Source: Deltaproteobacteria bacterium
Lineage (GTDB): Bacteria > Desulfobacterota > Dissulfuribacteria > Dissulfuribacterales > UBA3076
Assembly: GCA_021159445.1 (NCBI GenBank)
Contig: JAGGRV010000409.1
Location: 1 to 35,823 of the forward strand
Length of the DNA: 35,823 nucleotides
Direction: 5' to 3'
Every line of letters starts with the position of its first letter. Within the stretch, counting starts at the first letter, position 1. Below are positions 31,759 to 35,823 of the stretch, piece after piece. Both the position numbers and the translations under genes were made by a program. The notes beneath the pieces are model-generated. The model ran no database searches and was not told the DNA's origin. It worked only from the letters and a program-made list of their open reading frames with translations.

Positions 31759-31900
31759 AGAGATTGATGAAAGGCTTAAGAAGCTGATTGACTCGCTAGA
31801 GGCCGTGCTGGAGTCGCTGGAGAAAGAGGTTGAGTCTACGCTTAAAGCGCTCGAAAGAGAGTCGGGCCTGCAACCAAAGCCTCTTAGGAGGCGGAGGTAG
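31748..31900 (+). CDS. Possible 50-aa coiled-coil protein
   Basis: My own translation: MASKEIDERLKKLIDSLEAVLESLEKEVESTLKALERESGLQPKPLRRRR. It overlaps the upstream stop and is followed by a T7 tract. Confidence 0.4.
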   Translation: MASKEIDERLKKLIDSLEAVLESLEKEVESTLKALERESGLQPKPLRRRR

Positions 31901-31914
31901 CTATTTACCAACCT

Positions 31915-31930
31915 CACCCTTTTTTTCTCG
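31915..31930 (+). terminator. T-tract terminator (CACCCTTTTTTTCTCG)
   Basis: A run of 7 T lies right after the last gene of the 27.7-31.9 kb block. Confidence 0.45.
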
Positions 31931-32484
31931 TGCCTCATGAGCGAATATTTTCCTCGGTATTTTCTCTGTGCAAAAGAGAATTTACCATCGTTTGTAAAAT
32001 CTGCACAAACCGTTTGCGAAAGATTAGTCGTGACGAATTACGACGTGTGCCGCGGAGAGCTTGGTAAACGTAGGTTTACGTTTGTCCAGGACGGCATTGA
32101 CATTTTGGACAGAGATTTCCCAAAACTCTTTCGAAGGGACGAAAGGGAGCACGCGGCCGACTTTGGTACGCCAACTCTTTGGAACGGGGGACATGGCGTC
32201 TCCAGCCCCGACCCTGCGCTGGCCCGCAATAGGAGGGGTGTCCGAGGCGTTTGCGGACGTTTTTTTCTCTTTCGCCTAGGTGAAGCTGGGACTGAGCTCC
32301 GACTCAGCTCTATATGACCTATATGCGGTGTTATATACGATTCCTCTTTTCCGACTGGCCCTAGGTCACCTATAGAGGTCTAGATAGATACTGCATGATT
32401 TATCATGCGGAATGCGCATCCCCGTTAATATACAGTAAATTTATGAGATATAGACGCGGGTTTCACGTGTTGGAGGTGGTGCGT

Positions 32485-32619
32485 ATGGTAAAGAGGAAGA
32501 TACCAGTCTTTGTTTGTCCGGACTTCAGCGAGTGCTGGGGCTACTGGGAATGCCTTGTGCAGGGCTGGGATCCTGACAGGGACTGCGTCAAAGTAGCTGA
32601 GGTGGAGGTGGAGGAGTGA
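32485..32619 (+). CDS. Small Cys-rich protein (44 aa)
   Basis: MVKRKIPVFVCPDFSECWGYWECLVQGWDPDRDCVKVAEVEVEE, ATG preceded by GGAGGTGGTG. The upstream part of ORF 32395..32619 looks non-coding. Confidence 0.45.
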   Translation: MVKRKIPVFVCPDFSECWGYWECLVQGWDPDRDCVKVAEVEVEE

Positions 32620-32768
32620 TGGTGTTGGAGGTGTTGAAGGCGATATTCCTGTACAACCCCCTGATGTGGATGGTGTACGCCGGCATAGCGTACGCACTCA
32701 TCGACATGTTCCTTAGGTGGCTAGAGAAGAGGCTCAGCAGGCGCGTGAGGTCAGCAAACTGCGACTGA
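32619..32768 (+). CDS. Small single-pass membrane protein (49 aa)
   Basis: My own translation: MVLEVLKAIFLYNPLMWMVYAGIAYALIDMFLRWLEKRLSRRVRSANCD. TGATG coupling with the upstream gene. Confidence 0.4.
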   Translation: MVLEVLKAIFLYNPLMWMVYAGIAYALIDMFLRWLEKRLSRRVRSANCD

Positions 32769-32840
32769 GGCGTGTGCTGGCGTTTTCCGTGTCGAAAAAC
32801 ACTTGTTTTTCTCTTTCCTTTCTCTTTCCTGGGGGTTGCT

Positions 32841-33251
32841 ATGTCGTGGCTCGGGCTCCGTCACAAGGGGTATGAGCGTTTGTACCCTGACGAGTGGAAC
32901 GCTGTTGTGGACGGCTTGGATATCCTGTACATTTACGCGGCGGAGATCAGGGAGCGCGTGAAGTATAGCAAGAGCGACTACGGCGTGTTTACTGTCTCCG
33001 GCGACGGCGTAAACAACGACCTACTCCTAGGGCAGCATAAGCTGCCTGTGGACGTGACTGACCCTAGCAAGGTAGTTGTCGAGTGCACGCCTGTGTCTCC
33101 AGACGCCATCGATGCTAGCCCAGTCACGTGCTACCTCTCGGACGAGGACGGCGACGGCGTGTACGAGAGCGTCAGGGCAAGGTTCCACAAGGCGCCCGCT
33201 AGCGGTACAGACAACGTGAAGGTTAGTTACTATATTGAATACTTTGGGTAA
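32841..33251 (+). CDS. Hypothetical protein
   Basis: ORF 32772..33251, likely ATG at 32841 (MSWLGLRHKGYERLYPDEWNAVVDGL). Confidence 0.5.
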   Translation: MSWLGLRHKGYERLYPDEWNAVVDGLDILYIYAAEIRERVKYSKSDYGVFTVSGDGVNNDLLLGQHKLPVDVTDPSKVVVECTPVSPDAIDASPVTCYLSDEDGDGVYESVRARFHKAPASGTDNVKVSYYIEYFG

Positions 33252-33277
33252 GGAGGTGTGATAGACGTGAGGTACGT

Positions 33278-34327
33278 GTGGTACGTCTACCCTTTTGGCA
33301 CACGGTGAGTTTCACTGTTATCGCGCGCAAACACATCAAGTACCTTAGGCGTTACCTGAGGGTCGAGGAAATCGACGAGCTCGCGTTCCCGCACATAATG
33401 CCTTTCTCGCGTCCGCTAGTGGTGTTTCATCCTCTGTTCTATCAGCTGATGCGCCACGGTCGGTACCTGGAGCGGAACATGGGTAGGTTCGGAGGCATCG
33501 TCGGCTTCGACGTGGCGGACTCTGACAGGATAAGCAAGTTCGCTGTTAGCCTAACCGACTACGTGGAGGCGGTGATTGTGCCGTCCGAGTGGTCTAGGCG
33601 GGCTTACCTGAGGAGCGGGGTCAAAGTACCCGTATATGTTGTCCCGCACGGGGTAGAGAGGGACTGGATAACTGCGCCGAGGCAGGTCGGGGTGACGTTC
33701 AGGGAATTGTGGAGGCTCAAGACCGAGAGACGCAAGAAGCTGTTGTTGTTCATCTGCCTACATAGTGAATGGCGCAAGGGGGTAGATTTGGTGCTCGAGG
33801 TGTGGGACAGGCTTAGGCACGAGCGCAGGGACGTCCAGCTCGTGATTAGGACGATGACTCCCGACGGGCCTCTGCAGCAGGTTGCGCGTAGGAAAGGCGC
33901 CGTAATCGTGAGCGGTTGGTACACCGAGAGGCAGTATAGGGAGCTCTTCGACACGTGCGACGTCTACCTCCTGTTCTCGCGCGGAGGCGGGTTCGAGGCC
34001 ATCGGCCTGGACGCGTTGACGCGCGGTGAGGTCGTTCTCGCGGCCCGCGGCGGCGCCTGGCAGGAGTACCTGCCTCCAGAGTTCCTGATAGAGTCGAGAC
34101 CGAGCGACGTCGTGCTCAGGGACAACCCCATCCACGTTGGGATAGGCGTCGAGGTCGTCGTCGAAAAGGCCGTCGACAAGATACACGACGTCCTCGAGAA
34201 CCTAGACGAGTACAGGGCGCGCGCCAGGGAGCATGTGGAGAAAGTCATCAAGCACAGGTTCGTATGGGACGTGATAGGGAGGCAAATAGCTGAGATATTA
34301 AGGCGTTACTTGAATTATTCAAGGTGA
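33278..34327 (+). CDS. Second glycosyltransferase (GT-B, GT1-like)
   Basis: LLFSRGGGFEAIGLDALTRGEVVLAARGGAWQEYLP fits the E-x7-(E/D) region. The preceding LHSEWRKGVDLVLEVWDRL is typical of the C-terminal domain. Confidence 0.6.
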   Translation: MVRLPFWHTVSFTVIARKHIKYLRRYLRVEEIDELAFPHIMPFSRPLVVFHPLFYQLMRHGRYLERNMGRFGGIVGFDVADSDRISKFAVSLTDYVEAVIVPSEWSRRAYLRSGVKVPVYVVPHGVERDWITAPRQVGVTFRELWRLKTERRKKLLLFICLHSEWRKGVDLVLEVWDRLRHERRDVQLVIRTMTPDGPLQQVARRKGAVIVSGWYTERQYRELFDTCDVYLLFSRGGGFEAIGLDALTRGEVVLAARGGAWQEYLPPEFLIESRPSDVVLRDNPIHVGIGVEVVVEKAVDKIHDVLENLDEYRARAREHVEKVIKHRFVWDVIGRQIAEILRRYLNYSR

Positions 34328-34334
34328 CGGGACC

Positions 34335-34907
34335 ATGCACCTGAAAGACCTTGTGTTTAAGGAAGGCGAGAAAAACGCGTGGGGCCTGTTGCTGATTAGG
34401 CGCGAGGAGCTTAAGCAGTTTCTCCAGACGCTGTTCGAGAGGAAGGGGCACGTGGACATCCTTGAGGTCGGTTGCTGGAAGGGGTTCTTGGTGGGTTGGC
34501 TACGCGAGAACTTCCCGAAGGACAAGTACAGCTGGAACTACTGGGGCGTCGACATTGTCGAGCCTGAGGACCGTAGGCGCGACTACCCGCACCTTATAAT
34601 GAACGCTGAAGCGCTCGAGTTCCCTGCGAACAGGTTCGACGCCGTGATAATGATAGAGGTTCTTGAACACGTGGTCGACTACGTTAAGGCCCTGCGCGAA
34701 GCCTACAGGGTTCTTAGGCCAGGCGGAGGCGTCTTTATCCAGTCCGTGGCCTGTTGCGACCCGTGTGCGTTGGCGGACGAGACGCACTTCCACGTGCTCC
34801 ATCCCGCGACGCTCAGGCGTCTCCTGGTGTGGATAGGGTTCAGGGACGTTGAGGCGGTCGGCGCCGAGGACGGGAGAGGCAACTTCGCGGTTTGGGGATT
34901 TAAGTAG
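34335..34907 (+). CDS. Class I SAM-dependent methyltransferase
   Basis: Motif I is DILEVGCWKGFLVGWL. FDAVIMIEVLEHVVDYVKALREAYRVLRPGGGVFI follows the Methyltransf_11-type motifs. Confidence 0.75.
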   Translation: MHLKDLVFKEGEKNAWGLLLIRREELKQFLQTLFERKGHVDILEVGCWKGFLVGWLRENFPKDKYSWNYWGVDIVEPEDRRRDYPHLIMNAEALEFPANRFDAVIMIEVLEHVVDYVKALREAYRVLRPGGGVFIQSVACCDPCALADETHFHVLHPATLRRLLVWIGFRDVEAVGAEDGRGNFAVWGFK

Positions 34908-34937
34908 TGTGGTGGTGTAGAACCTATGCAACTCCAA

Positions 34938-35165
34938 AAAGACGCAACCGATCGTTTTCTTCACGAGGGGTTTCGTGTCTTAACCAGTCTTCGTCCTAAT
35001 GCGAATCATTGTGTCCTAACCCTTGTCGATCTTCACGTATGTTGACGTGTCTCAACCGTGGAGGATCTTCGCGTGATGCGGCGTGTCTTTTCCTGTTGGC
35101 GTCTTTGTGTTGTGTTTCGTGTCTTGACCTTTCCCTGGTGTCTCGGTGTGTGTTGCGCCCCGTCC
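34938..35165 (-). repeat. Right sub-terminal block of about 6 units of the 36-bp repeat family, inverted orientation
   Basis: CGTGTCTTAACC at 34974, TGTGTCCTAACC at 35010, CGTGTCTCAACC at 35046, CGTGTCTTTTCC at 35082, CGTGTCTTGACC at 35118, with exact 36-bp spacing. These are reverse complements of GGTTAAGACACG-type cores. Confidence 0.75.
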
Positions 35166-35180
35166 TCCCCCTGCTCTTTT

Positions 35181-35823
35181 CTGGTCTACCGGTGTTTTCT
35201 GTCTTTTTCCGCCTCTCCGCGCTCTAGTCTGGTCTACCAGTGTTTTGTTGACTCTGGCACGTTCCCCTGCTCTATACTGGCATACCAGTTTAGTGTCGGC
35301 TTGTGTGCGTTTCCCTGCTCTATACTGGTATACCAGTGTTTAGCCGGCTCTCGCGCGGTTGTTTCGGCGTTCGTTCCTTGAACGTTTCGAGTCGTGTCCG
35401 CGTCGTCGACGGCCTGTAACGTGCCTTGAATGTTTCGAGTCGCGTGGGGCTATGGACCCGCGTGTGTAGTGCCTTGCACGTTTCAAGACGCGTCCCTCCC
35501 CGCAACCCCCTGAGTAGTTACTTGAACGTTTCGAGTGCCGCGGGTCTTTACTGGCATACCAGTAGTGCGCGTGCCAGCGCTCTCTATTGGCATACCAGTG
35601 GTAAATGTGCGGACGTTCTCTATCGGTATCCCAGTATATACCGACCGAGTCACACAAGCCCGTGCCCAAACACCACCACCGCAGGCAAGCCCGCGCCGAG
35701 CAATAGCAACAAACACGCAACTGAAACACACACCACAACCAACACGCAAAGTATACGCTCGCGCATAGTATATGCCTATGCGCGAGCGTATACTTTGCGT
35801 GTTGGTTGTGGTGTGTGTTTCAG
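35181..35823. repeat. Right inverted terminal repeat (ITR)
   Basis: Exact reverse complement of 1..643. The mirrored ORFs 481..678 and 35146..35343 differ only in their first ~12 residues, which places the end of perfect identity near 643/35181. Confidence 0.95.
35721..35823. repeat. Terminal palindrome at the right end, with the spacer in the opposite orientation (AGTATATGCCT)
   Basis: Same 46-bp arms as the left end. The spacer is the reverse complement of the left spacer, as expected for a perfect ITR. Confidence 0.9.

Noticed and set aside
31937-32317. A 126-aa plus-strand ORF in the 31.9-32.5 kb gap.
   Set aside because: It has no SD or TATA context and begins inside the terminator T-tract region. 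It is AT-rich at its 5' end and has a G/R-rich, junk-like C-terminus. It contains the shared 18-mer and hairpins that look regulatory. It is left unannotated but flagged for proteomic checking.
2204-32998. The GAGACAGTAAAC copies as 12-bp mobile indel elements of the kind reported between rudivirus variants.
   Set aside because: It is attractive because 12 bp preserves the reading frame. However, where a paralogue or neighbouring repeat allows alignment (2608 in the capsid paralogue, 4487 in the repeat protein), the motif replaces four aligned residues without a gap. It is therefore kept only as an alternative to be tested with orthologue alignments.
1-35823. Integrated provirus or transposon-like mobile element within a host chromosome.
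   Set aside because: The window starts and ends precisely at the ITR tips with no flanking host genes. No integrase, att-like direct repeats or tRNA target were found. The IS110-like similarity at 8603..9514 covers only a non-catalytic domain.

Overview
The window reads as a complete linear dsDNA genome of an archaeal virus. It starts and ends with a perfect 643-bp inverted terminal repeat (ITR), and the outermost 103 bp of each ITR is itself a palindrome, as expected for hairpin telomeres. About 65 tightly packed genes lie between the ITRs in alternating strand blocks, many with coupled ATGA, GTGA or TGATG start/stop overlaps. AT-rich BRE/TATA-like promoters and T-tract terminators fit an archaeal host. 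Motifs read by eye point to a rudivirus/lipothrixvirus-like (Ligamenvirales-type) virus. These include a 124-aa helical protein resembling the rod-virus major capsid protein, plus a longer paralogue. There is also an Hjc Holliday-junction resolvase, a Cas4-like RecB nuclease, a B116/DUF1874-like protein, four ribbon-helix-helix regulators, two GT1 glycosyltransferases, a SAM methyltransferase and a 1168-aa putative structural protein. The base composition looks far more GC-balanced than in the Sulfolobales rod viruses. It also carries its own PrimPol and an XPD-like Fe-S helicase. Three signals are not explained by the genes. First, the 12-mer GAGACAGTAAAC occurs 13 times exactly, plus 8 variants that keep the CAGTAAAC core, almost always inside CDSs and usually read as E-T-V-N. 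Second, about 20 strictly 36-bp-phased degenerate repeats (7872..8606) fill an 860-bp non-coding gap, with smaller arrays of the same family just inside both ITRs. Third, structured non-coding regions lie at 15.1-15.4 kb, 17.7-18.0 kb and 31.9-32.5 kb. All functional calls come from motifs read by eye; no database or HMM search was possible.
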